Part shown: positions 40,043 to 48,217 of the stretch, piece after piece
Layout of the letters: each line of letters starts with the position of its first letter
How positions within the stretch are numbered: the stretch's first letter is position 1
From: an uncultured delta proteobacterium
GTDB lineage: Bacteria > Desulfobacterota > Binatia > Binatales > Binataceae
DNA length: 64,000 nucleotides
Assembly (NCBI GenBank): GCA_963842085.1
Contig: CAWJET010000001.1
Span: forward strand, 2,880,001 to 2,944,000
Direction of reading: 5' to 3'
Program-made: the position numbers and the translations under genes
Notes under the pieces: generated by a model
Databases searched by the model: none
Told to the model about the DNA's origin: nothing
What the model saw: the letters and a program-made list of their open reading frames with translations, nothing else

Positions 40043-40850
40043 GCTCGGGCTCATCGCGGGCAACGGCGTCTTTCCGCTCGAAGTAGCGCGCGCCGCGCGC
40101 GAGCGCGGAATAAAAATCGTCGCGGTCGCGCACCTGGATGAAAGCGAGCGCGCGCTCGACTCGGTGGCCGGCGAAGTCACGTGGATCAAAGTCGGCGAGT
40201 TGCAAAAAATAATCGACGTGTTCAAAACCGCCGGTGTGTCGGAAGCCGCGATGGCCGGCGGCATCGCGCGCGCGCGGCTGAAAGATTCCTTCGCACCCGA
40301 CGCGCGCGCGCTCAAGATGCTCGCGGGAATCGGGCGCTTCAGCGATGACGCCGTTCTGCGCGGCGTCGCGCGTGAAGTCGAGGCTGAAGGAATCAAAATG
40401 ATCGACCCGGTGCCGATGATCGAGCATTGGCTCGCGCGCCCCGGCGTCGGCGCGGGTCCCGAGCCGGCTCCCGCGCAAATGCGCGATCTCGATCTCGCAT
40501 TCGCGGTCGCGCGCCGGCTTGGCAGCTACGATATAGGCCAGACGGTCGCGGTCCGCGACGGAATGGTCGCCGCCGTGGAAGCGCTGGAAGGTACCGACGC
40601 CGCCGTGCGTCGCGCAGCCGCGCTGGTGGGCGCGGGCCTGGTGGTGGCCAAGGCGGCGAAGCCCGGGCAAGACATGCGGTTCGACCGCCCCGCAATTGGC
40701 CCGGCTACTGTGGAATTGCTGGCCGAGATTGGCGCGGCGATGATCGGCGTCGAAGCGGGAGTTGCGCTGATTCTCGAACGCGATCGCACGCTCGCGCTCG
40801 CGCGCGCGAAAAACGTGACGTTGTACGGTTATGCGCAAGCCGGCGTTTGA
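40035..40850 (+). CDS. lpxI: UDP-2,3-diacylglucosamine hydrolase LpxI
   Basis: LGLIAGNG.FP, DDA.L, DIGQTV, AVEA.EGTD, KP.QD.RFD.P.IG. Confidence 0.93.
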   Translation: MNKLGLIAGNGVFPLEVARAARERGIKIVAVAHLDESERALDSVAGEVTWIKVGELQKIIDVFKTAGVSEAAMAGGIARARLKDSFAPDARALKMLAGIGRFSDDAVLRGVAREVEAEGIKMIDPVPMIEHWLARPGVGAGPEPAPAQMRDLDLAFAVARRLGSYDIGQTVAVRDGMVAAVEALEGTDAAVRRAAALVGAGLVVAKAAKPGQDMRFDRPAIGPATVELLAEIGAAMIGVEAGVALILERDRTLALARAKNVTLYGYAQAGV

Positions 40851-41793
40851 GCTGCGCGCCGCGGTGATCGGCGCGGGGCGGCTGGGCACTCTGCACGCGC
40901 GCAAGTACGCCGCGATTGCGGGAATCAAGCTCGCGCACGTCGTCGATCTCGACGCCGCGCGGGCGCAGGCCCTGGCGGCGGAAGTTGGCGCGGCGCCGCT
41001 GGCCGATTACCGGATGCTCGCGGGAAAGGTGGACCTGGTGACGGTCGCGTCGCCCGGTGTGACGCATCATGAGATCGCGTCGGCGATGCTGAAAGCGGGC
41101 ATCGACGTGCTGCTGGAAAAGCCGATGGCCGAGACGCTGGCGCAGGCACGTGAGCTGGCCGGGCTGGCGTCGGAATCCGGGCGCATTCTTCAGATCGGTC
41201 ACCTCGAGCGGTTCAATCCGGCGGTCGTTCATCTGCATTCAATCGTAAAAAATCCGCGGTTCGTGGAATGCCATCGGCTCGCGCCGTTCACCGAGCGCGG
41301 CACCGATGTGGACGTGGTGCTCGATCTGATGGTGCATGACCTGGACGTGATCCTGTCGGTGGCGCCGTCGGAAGTGGCGTCGCTGGAGGCGGTGGGCGTC
41401 GCGATCCTGACCGATCGAATCGATCTGGCCAACGCGCGCATCCGCTTCCAGAGCGGTCTCATCGCAAATCTCGTCTCCAGCCGCGTGTCGGCGCGGCGCG
41501 AGCGCAAGATTCGCTTCTTCCAGCCCGATGCGTACATTTCAGTCGATTACGAAGCGCGCAGCATCCAGATATTTCGCCGGACACCGCCGGTGCGAGGCGC
41601 GCAGTTTCCCACAATTTCGGCCGAGCAGATCGATTTCGGCGAAGGCGATCCTCTCGCCGACGAAGTCAATGCGTTCGTCGGCGCCGTTCGCAACCGGTCC
41701 ACGCCGGCGGTCAGCGCCGACGACGGACTTCGGGTGATGGAACTGACCGAGAGAATCAAGGACGTGATGCTGACGGACTCGGTCGCGTCTTGA
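40831..41793 (+). CDS. Gfo/Idh/MocA oxidoreductase, probable GnnA (UDP-GlcNAc 3-dehydrogenase)
   Basis: GAGRLG..HA, EKP, GHLERFNPA, DVDVVLDLM.HD; the position after lpxA-lpxI matches gnnA. Confidence 0.85.
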   Translation: MRKPAFELRAAVIGAGRLGTLHARKYAAIAGIKLAHVVDLDAARAQALAAEVGAAPLADYRMLAGKVDLVTVASPGVTHHEIASAMLKAGIDVLLEKPMAETLAQARELAGLASESGRILQIGHLERFNPAVVHLHSIVKNPRFVECHRLAPFTERGTDVDVVLDLMVHDLDVILSVAPSEVASLEAVGVAILTDRIDLANARIRFQSGLIANLVSSRVSARRERKIRFFQPDAYISVDYEARSIQIFRRTPPVRGAQFPTISAEQIDFGEGDPLADEVNAFVGAVRNRSTPAVSADDGLRVMELTERIKDVMLTDSVAS

Positions 41794-41826
41794 CGCCTGT
41801 AGTCCGCTGCGACAGAATCGAACGCA

Positions 41827-42282
41827 ATGAGTCCGGGCAGGATCAGAATGCTCAAAATTCTCGGCGGACTCGTGCTGGGCGCGGGCGCCGCGTTTCTCAT
41901 CTTCACCGCTGCCGCGGACTGCACGCCGGTGACCGGCAGCGACGCCGTGGCCGTCAACGTGTCCGCGCTGCGCCCCGGCGGCGCGCGGCTTTTCTGTTAC
42001 AGAGATGACGCCGGCAGGCGGCTCCGCTTCGTGCTCGCGCGCGGCCACGATGGCAAAGTGCGCTCGGTGTTCGACGCATGCCGCCAGTGCTTCGCGTACC
42101 ATCGCGGCTACCGGATAGCTGGCGGCGAACTGATTTGCCGGGTGTGCGGAAATCACTACCCGATCGATCGAATGACTGAAGGCAAAGCGTCGTGCGTGCC
42201 CGTCAGCCTTGCGCACGAGGAAGATTCAGGGATCGTGCATATCAAAACGGCGGATCTCAAAGCGGGCCGCGCGTTGTTCTGA
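41827..42282 (+). CDS. DUF2318 / FtrD-like membrane-anchored Cys-rich (Fe-S or metal-binding) protein
   Basis: N-terminal TM; FDACRQC..RGY..G.ELICRVCG..Y...SCVP. Confidence 0.75.
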   Translation: MSPGRIRMLKILGGLVLGAGAAFLIFTAAADCTPVTGSDAVAVNVSALRPGGARLFCYRDDAGRRLRFVLARGHDGKVRSVFDACRQCFAYHRGYRIAGGELICRVCGNHYPIDRMTEGKASCVPVSLAHEEDSGIVHIKTADLKAGRALF

Positions 42283-42305
42283 CTATCCGGAGTAGCCGTA
42301 GCAAG

Positions 42306-42923
42306 ATGACGGTTGATATTCGCACCATCAGACACTACCGCCGCGTGCTGGTGATATTCAGTCTCGCAGCGCTTCTTACTCTATCGGCCTGCGGCAATCG
42401 CGAAGCGAGAGGTGACTATCCGGCGGCTAACGGGAACAATTGCCTGCCGGACGTGAGCCTGATCGATCAGCACGGGAGCACGGTCTCGCTCGAGTCGTTA
42501 AAGGGCAAGCCGGTGCTGATCGATTTCATTTACACCTCGTGCGCTTCGACCTGCCCGCTGCTCACGGCAAAGATGGCGGCGATCGCACACGTGCTTGGTC
42601 CCGCGCTGGGAGCCGACGTCAGGATCGTCTCGATCACGCTCGATCCCGAGCACGACAGCCCCGCGGCGCTGGCAACGTACGCTCAGAGCCACGACGCAAA
42701 TGCGAGCGGCTGGCTCTTTTTGACCGGGCCGCCCGCCAAAATCGACCAGGTCCTGGCGTTGTTCAAGCTGCGCCGGACGCGTGAGAGCGATGGATCGATC
42801 ATGCATTCCATATCCGCCTTCCTGCTCGGTCCCGACGGCCATCAGATTCGGCAGTACAACGCGCTCGATGTGAGCCCCGACGCGGTAGTCGCGGACGTTG
42901 ATCGCGCGCGCAGCAAAGGCTAA
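42306..42923 (+). CDS. SCO/SenC family copper-binding lipoprotein 1
   Basis: Lipobox LSAC; L.DQ.G, FIYTSCASTCP (CxxxC), SITLDPEHD, WLFLTG, conserved His in SIMHS. Confidence 0.9.
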   Translation: MTVDIRTIRHYRRVLVIFSLAALLTLSACGNREARGDYPAANGNNCLPDVSLIDQHGSTVSLESLKGKPVLIDFIYTSCASTCPLLTAKMAAIAHVLGPALGADVRIVSITLDPEHDSPAALATYAQSHDANASGWLFLTGPPAKIDQVLALFKLRRTRESDGSIMHSISAFLLGPDGHQIRQYNALDVSPDAVVADVDRARSKG

Positions 42924-42948
42924 GAGCGAAGTGTCGGAATAAACCGCG

Positions 42949-43269
42949 ATGGCAACCTCACTGACGATCGATCGCGCTTCGATGCGGCAGTTCGCCGCTG
43001 CGATGGCGTTGGTCATGATAATGGCGAGCCTGCCGTCGATCGGCGTGATCGTCATTTCCGATCGTTCCGGGCCGAACATCTCGCTCGACATCTGCCATCC
43101 GCTGCAGTCGCTGGACAGCTCGCCCGGCATCGCGCAGATCGCACGTCCGGCGCAGCCTGAAATTGGAGCGAAGATTGTTTCGCACGAATTGGTTGCTCAA
43201 TTCGTTCCGATTCTGAAGCATAGATTCGCCGAAGCACCCGATCCGCCTCCGCCCAAGCTGTTCTGCTAA
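42949..43269 (+). CDS. Putative leader/arrest peptide (CutF/CruR/DUF2946-like architecture)
   Basis: 106 aa; hydrophobic N-terminal segment, central DICHP, C-terminal APDPPPPKLFC; sits directly upstream of the beta-barrel gene. Confidence 0.6.
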   Translation: MATSLTIDRASMRQFAAAMALVMIMASLPSIGVIVISDRSGPNISLDICHPLQSLDSSPGIAQIARPAQPEIGAKIVSHELVAQFVPILKHRFAEAPDPPPPKLFC

Positions 43270-43392
43270 ACAGGGCGGTTTCAGCTTTTCGCTTATCGTT
43301 AATGGACGATTGCTCGTGGGCCTTGATGGTTCGCGCGCCGAAGGTGCGGCTCCGGTGGGCCGGGATGGATGCTTATGCGGAGGAATCTTATG
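43240..43392 (+). promoter_or_regulatory. Putative anti-SD/SD pairing controlling translation of the beta-barrel gene
   Basis: gat-ccg-cctccgc-cc-aagc (43240-43258) is complementary to gctt-at-gcggagg-a-atc (43371-43387), which contains the GGAGG SD of ATG 43390. Confidence 0.55.
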
Positions 43393-44370
43393 TCACGGCG
43401 TCAGGCTTTCTCTAAGACAGCCAGACGCGTGTTGGTAGCGGCGATTTTCGCGATCGGGCTAACGCCGAGCCTCGTCTGGGCCTGCGCCTGCGGGTGTGGT
43501 GTTTTCGAGGTAGGAACCGCATCACTGTTTCCTCAGGGGTCCGGAGGCCAGGTGTGGCTGCAATATGAGTACATGGATCAGTCCATAAACTTCCACGCGA
43601 CCCAGCCAGCTTCCGCCTTCTACAACAACGACAAGTACATCCGGACAGACTTCATCGAAGCGGGCGTACAGTACATGTTCAATCGGGACTGGGGCGTGAT
43701 GCTCGAGGTGCCCTATTGGGTGCGCGATTACAAGGGTGCTTATGACGGCAACAACAGCGACATCCATTGGTACCAGAACAACTCCATCGGCGATGTCCGG
43801 ATCCAGGCGATGTACACGGGTCTGTCGGAGGACATGTCGACCGGGCTCCTGATGGGGGTCAAGCCCCCGAGCGGCCAGTGGACCTATCCACCTTACGATC
43901 GGGACACGCAGATTGGCACGGGAAGCACCGACCTTCTGATGGGGGCTTACCACCTCGGAACATTCCCGACCAAGTTGGGAACGTTGCCGTTGACCCTCAT
44001 GGAGCGGCCCTTCAACTACTTCGTGCAGGTCAACTACGACTTGCCGCTCTGGGAACAGGACCAGTACACGCCCGGCAGGGAAGTCGATGGTGCGGTGGGA
44101 GCCTACTACGACTTCGGCAAAGTCGGTCTTCTCAGCGAGCTCGCTCCGATGCTCACCTTTCTCGCCTCTGACCGCACGCGGGATACAGGAAATAACGCAA
44201 ATCCCGCGAACAGCGGCTACACCCGTCTTATCGTTGCTCCGGGAGGCGAGATCAAACTCGGGATCATCCGGGCTTACGCAGACATAGAGGTCCCAATTTT
44301 TCAAAACATGAGGGGCTATCAGATCACCGCGCCCTTCGCGACCAAGCTGATTTTGAGTTACAGCTTCTGA
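43390..44370 (+). CDS. Putative outer-membrane beta-barrel with N-terminal CACGC metal-binding motif
   Basis: Signal peptide ending VWA, mature N-terminus CACGCG; alternating aromatic strands; IGDVRI, IGTGSTD similar to MetA-pathway/transporter barrels; C-terminal LSYSF beta-signal. Confidence 0.7.
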   Translation: MSRRQAFSKTARRVLVAAIFAIGLTPSLVWACACGCGVFEVGTASLFPQGSGGQVWLQYEYMDQSINFHATQPASAFYNNDKYIRTDFIEAGVQYMFNRDWGVMLEVPYWVRDYKGAYDGNNSDIHWYQNNSIGDVRIQAMYTGLSEDMSTGLLMGVKPPSGQWTYPPYDRDTQIGTGSTDLLMGAYHLGTFPTKLGTLPLTLMERPFNYFVQVNYDLPLWEQDQYTPGREVDGAVGAYYDFGKVGLLSELAPMLTFLASDRTRDTGNNANPANSGYTRLIVAPGGEIKLGIIRAYADIEVPIFQNMRGYQITAPFATKLILSYSF

Positions 44371-44387
44371 AGCGAGGAAAAGCAACC

Positions 44388-44948
44388 GTGAGGCGAACGA
44401 CATGGTGGTCTGCCGGAGCGGGAGTTGCCGCGCTCATCTGTGCGGCTACGTTAGCGTTCGCCTACGCGACTGTCGGTCAAACAGCACCGGCGCTGATCGT
44501 GCCGGAACTGGCTGGTGGCACGTTCGATCTTGCCGCCGAGCGTGGCAAGGTTGTGATCGTGAATTTTTGGGCCACCTGGTGTCCGCCCTGTCGCGAGGAG
44601 ATGCCGGCTCTCGACGCTTTCTACCGGCGCTATCATGGCCAGGGGCTCGAGATGATCGGCGTGAGCGCTGATCGCCCGCACGATCGATCCGATGTGATCA
44701 AGGTCATGCAATCGTTCAGTTATCCGGCGGCGATACTTGGAGATGCCCAAACCAATGGATTCGGCGATCCCGCCGAGTTGCCCGAGACCTTTGTTGTGGA
44801 CCGCTCAGGAGTTGTGCGCGATTGGTTTACGCCCGATAAAACAGCGGTCACGGAGAAGAGTCTTTCGGACGCGGTGCTCCCGCTGCTTTCACCAAGTTCC
44901 GCGGCGCAGGCATCAGCGAATCCCCGCGGACCTAACGCCAAGCCTTGA
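44388..44948 (+). CDS. TlpA-family thiol:disulfide oxidoreductase
   Basis: GKVVIVNFWATWCPPCREEMP, LPETFVVDRSG; signal peptide. Confidence 0.93.
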   Translation: MRRTTWWSAGAGVAALICAATLAFAYATVGQTAPALIVPELAGGTFDLAAERGKVVIVNFWATWCPPCREEMPALDAFYRRYHGQGLEMIGVSADRPHDRSDVIKVMQSFSYPAAILGDAQTNGFGDPAELPETFVVDRSGVVRDWFTPDKTAVTEKSLSDAVLPLLSPSSAAQASANPRGPNAKP

Positions 44949-44969
44949 CCCCATCAGGAGCAATCCTCG

Positions 44970-45374
44970 TTGCAATCGCGTCAAACGAACAAGCTCGCGT
45001 TAGTCGCAATCATCCTGCTGGCTGGATGCGCTTCTACGAACCCCCGGACGGGCGATCCGAATCCGAGGCTCGCGCAGTTGGAAAAAAAGAGACAGGCTCT
45101 CAACGAGAGCGAGAAACAGTGCGTCGACGAAACACTGAACCGGTGCCGCGATGAAACGGAGCGCATACTTGCAACTCCAGACGCTTCCGTTGAATCGCGA
45201 ATACAGCAGGAAGCCGACGAGCGCGATCGGGAACTCTCGGAATGCCGTGCCACAGCGGACGAGGAAAACGCGGAAATCGCTGAGCGAGAGCGCAACGAAT
45301 ATGAACTCGAGGCGCAGCAAGAGCGTGATCGCGCCTCGCTGATGGCGATTCTAACAGCCTCCCGGATGCACTGA
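44970..45374 (+). CDS. Hypothetical helical lipoprotein
   Basis: AGGAG upstream of TTG; lipobox LLAGC; charged coiled coil with three further Cys. Confidence 0.65.
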   Translation: MQSRQTNKLALVAIILLAGCASTNPRTGDPNPRLAQLEKKRQALNESEKQCVDETLNRCRDETERILATPDASVESRIQQEADERDRELSECRATADEENAEIAERERNEYELEAQQERDRASLMAILTASRMH

Positions 45375-45379
45375 AGTTT

Positions 45380-46057
45380 ATGCATGGAAGCACGATGCAT
45401 TCTGCGCGAACCATTTCCTCGATCACGAAGAGTTTATTTCTGACGATGGTGGTGGTCTTCACGGGAGTGCTGTCGCTGACTGGTTGCCGCCGGCCGGCTG
45501 CAAATGTCGGCGAGCGCGGAGGATCCGCGGTGCGCGACGCCTCCGACTGCTTGCCCGATATCACCTTGGTCGATCAGTACGGCCGGAAAGTTTCCCTGGC
45601 CTCGCTGAAGGGCAAACCGGTGCTGTTCGATTTCATCTACACCACCTGTCCAGGACCGTGTCTGCTCCTCACGGCGCGGATGAAAAAGATCGCCGATCGA
45701 CTCGGGCCCAAGCTCGGAACGGACGCCCGCATCGTCTCGATCACGGTCGATCCCGAACACGATCACCCCGAGCAGCTTCGCGCATATGCCAGTGCGCAGG
45801 GCGCCGACCTTAACGGCTGGCTGTTTTTAACTGGGACGCCCAAACAAATCGACGCTGTGATGGCGCGATTCAAGTTGTTCCGCCATCGCGAAGCCGATGG
45901 AGGAGTCGATCATTTTCTCCTGTTCTGTCTGGTTGACGCGAACGGCCGTGCATTGGTCCAGTACCTGGGCGAAGATGCCCAACCGGAGCGCGTCGCGAGC
46001 GACATCGAGCGGGCCGCAGCGCACAAGCCGATGGCGGCTGGCGACGGCGCGACCTAG
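45380..46057 (+). CDS. SCO/SenC family copper-binding lipoprotein 2
   Basis: Lipobox LTGC; FIYTTCPGPCL, SITVDPEHD, WLFLTG, His in GVDHF. Confidence 0.9.
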   Translation: MHGSTMHSARTISSITKSLFLTMVVVFTGVLSLTGCRRPAANVGERGGSAVRDASDCLPDITLVDQYGRKVSLASLKGKPVLFDFIYTTCPGPCLLLTARMKKIADRLGPKLGTDARIVSITVDPEHDHPEQLRAYASAQGADLNGWLFLTGTPKQIDAVMARFKLFRHREADGGVDHFLLFCLVDANGRALVQYLGEDAQPERVASDIERAAAHKPMAAGDGAT

Positions 46058-46118
46058 CCTTTTTGGAAGTGAGCAGGTGAAATCGCTAACGGACAAACAA
46101 TTGGTAAGAGATAGATAT

Positions 46119-46715
46119 ATGAGTACTCATCGAAATCTCAGATCGCTCGTCATCGTGGTAGCGATGACGTCGAGCCTGTTCGCGGCTGCTGGATGCAATC
46201 GCAACACCGAGGGCAGCGTGGGCGCCACCAACGTTCTCACCGATACCAAGCTCGTCGATCAGTATGGCGACACCGTCTCGCTGACGTCGCTAAAGGGCAA
46301 GCCGCTGGTGGTGGATTTTATCTACACGTCGTGTCCGGGGTCGTGCCTGATGGAGACGGCGAAGTTGGCGAATGTCGCGCTGCGGCTGGGCAACGATCTT
46401 GGCTCGAAAGTGACGATCGTTTCGATCAGCGTCGATCCCGAGCATGACGGTCCCAAACAGTTGCTCGACTACTCGCGCCAGCAGGGGGCGGACGAAAAGG
46501 GGTGGTATTTTCTGACCGGCGGTCCCGCGGACGTCGATCGAGCGCTGGCGGGCTTCAAGCTCAGCCGGCAAATCATGCCCGATGGTTCGGTCGGCCACCT
46601 GGTCGATATGATGCTGGTAGGACCGGATGGCCGGTTGGTGCGCGAATACAACGGCGAAATTGTCAAGGCGCAGGACATCGTCGACGACGTCAAAAAAACC
46701 CTGAGCAAGGGTTGA
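46119..46715 (+). CDS. SCO/SenC family copper-binding lipoprotein 3
   Basis: Start MSTHRNL; lipobox AAGC; FIYTSCPGSCL, SISVDPEHD, WYFLTG, His in SVGHL. Confidence 0.9.
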   Translation: MSTHRNLRSLVIVVAMTSSLFAAAGCNRNTEGSVGATNVLTDTKLVDQYGDTVSLTSLKGKPLVVDFIYTSCPGSCLMETAKLANVALRLGNDLGSKVTIVSISVDPEHDGPKQLLDYSRQQGADEKGWYFLTGGPADVDRALAGFKLSRQIMPDGSVGHLVDMMLVGPDGRLVREYNGEIVKAQDIVDDVKKTLSKG

Positions 46716-46723
46716 GGTGCCGC

Positions 46724-47188
46724 ATGAGACGAGCAATTGTTTTCGGCTCCTCGTTTGCGGCGATTCTGGCGCTGGCCTATCTGTGGCCAACGTTCGGCGC
46801 CTCATCATCGGAGAACGGCGGTGCGCGCGGAGCAATGTGCATAGCCGGTCATTGCTGCTGCACGAGACTGGCGGAGGCAGAGACCGTCGCCGCCAACGGG
46901 GCGCAGGGGCGTTTGACGCTCGATCCGAACCAGTTCGTTGGTCCGGCCAAGCAAGCCTATCAAGTTGCGGAGAAAGATCCGGCGCTGCTGGCGCGGCTGC
47001 ATTGCTATTGCGGATGTGACAGGCTGTACGGCCATCAGAATCTGCTCGATTGTTATCGAGGCGAGCACGGCTCGAAATGCGAAATCTGCATCGGCGAGGC
47101 GTTGTTGGCGGAGCGGATGTCGGAGCAGGGCTCGCCGGTCGATCAGATACGCGACGCTATCCGCAGGAATTTCGCGCCTGACAATTGA
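46724..47188 (+). CDS. PCYCGC-motif family protein
   Basis: Start MRRAIVF; HCYCGC...GH.NLLDCY...HG..CEIC..EA; extra CIAGHCCC near the N-terminus. Confidence 0.8.
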   Translation: MRRAIVFGSSFAAILALAYLWPTFGASSSENGGARGAMCIAGHCCCTRLAEAETVAANGAQGRLTLDPNQFVGPAKQAYQVAEKDPALLARLHCYCGCDRLYGHQNLLDCYRGEHGSKCEICIGEALLAERMSEQGSPVDQIRDAIRRNFAPDN

Positions 47189-47325
47189 ACGCGCCGCGAA
47201 GGTCCCTGGACTCAAAACCGGGCTCGAACCTCGCGTTTGCAGACCGCGTGGCCTTGGCGCTACTCTGAATCCGGCTTCAAAACGGAATTTCCCGCCTAAT
47301 TTCGTGCCATTGCGGACCTAGCTAT

Positions 47326-48216
47326 ATGGCGTCAGACCGCCTCATGAGGTTGCCCGAGTTCATCGGGCTCGGCCCTCCCCGCACGGGTACAACCTGGCTG
47401 CATCGCATGCTCGAGGGCCACGTCGATCTGCCCTACGGAGTCAAGGAAACGCAGTTTTTCACCACCTTCTACTCGAAGGGAATCGATTGGTACGCTCACC
47501 ATTTCCGCTACGCGACCGGTGACCGCAAGGTGGCGGAGATTTGTCCGTACTTCGACGCGAAGAAGGCACCTGCGCGCATTCATCGCCATCTTCCGGACTG
47601 CAAATTCCTCGTGACGCTCCGCAATCCCGTCGATCATGCTTACTCGACTTACAAAATGCTGCTTCGCGGCGCGTTCGTGCGTGGAACGTTCGACGAGGTG
47701 CTCAACACGCGCCCCCACATCGACGACAGCAACCGTTACGCGAAGCATCTGACGACATGGTTTGACTATTTCGGCCGCGAGCGTTTTCTGGTCATGCGTT
47801 ATGAAGAGCTGCGCGACGATCCCCAAGGCTATCTGGACCGGGTGTGCGACTTTATTGGGACGGCGCGAATCCAGATTCCCGATCACGTCCGCGGGCAACG
47901 GCGGGTTAATTTGATCGAGCGCGCCCCGAAGAGCCGCAAGCTCGCCCAGAATGCGCGGCATCTCCGCTATTGGCTCAAAAGGCGTCATGCCTACGGCGTG
48001 ATGAGAGCGCTCGGAAGCACCGGCATCTGGGAATTCTGCAACGGCCGCGGCGAAATATTCCCGACCCTTTCGCCCGAGCAAAACGCGATCTTGACCGAGC
48101 GCTATCTACCCGAGGTCGAGGCGCTCGAGGAGCTGCTCAAGATCGATTTTTCGGAATGGAAAAAGTCCGACGCTGTGCCGCGCCAAGCGGCGGCGATCGG
48201 TGCCAGGCAGGGCTGA
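47326..48216 (+). CDS. PAPS-dependent sulfotransferase
   Basis: 5'-PSB loop FIGLGPPRTGTTWL, KETQFF, 3'-PB LRNPVD.AYS, RYEEL..DP...L..VCDF.G. Confidence 0.9.
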   Translation: MASDRLMRLPEFIGLGPPRTGTTWLHRMLEGHVDLPYGVKETQFFTTFYSKGIDWYAHHFRYATGDRKVAEICPYFDAKKAPARIHRHLPDCKFLVTLRNPVDHAYSTYKMLLRGAFVRGTFDEVLNTRPHIDDSNRYAKHLTTWFDYFGRERFLVMRYEELRDDPQGYLDRVCDFIGTARIQIPDHVRGQRRVNLIERAPKSRKLAQNARHLRYWLKRRHAYGVMRALGSTGIWEFCNGRGEIFPTLSPEQNAILTERYLPEVEALEELLKIDFSEWKKSDAVPRQAAAIGARQG

Positions 48217-48217
48217 C

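Noticed and set aside
47207-47272. Functional tRNA-Cys
   Set aside because: Too short, with D and T stems unable to form; kept only as a low-interest relic
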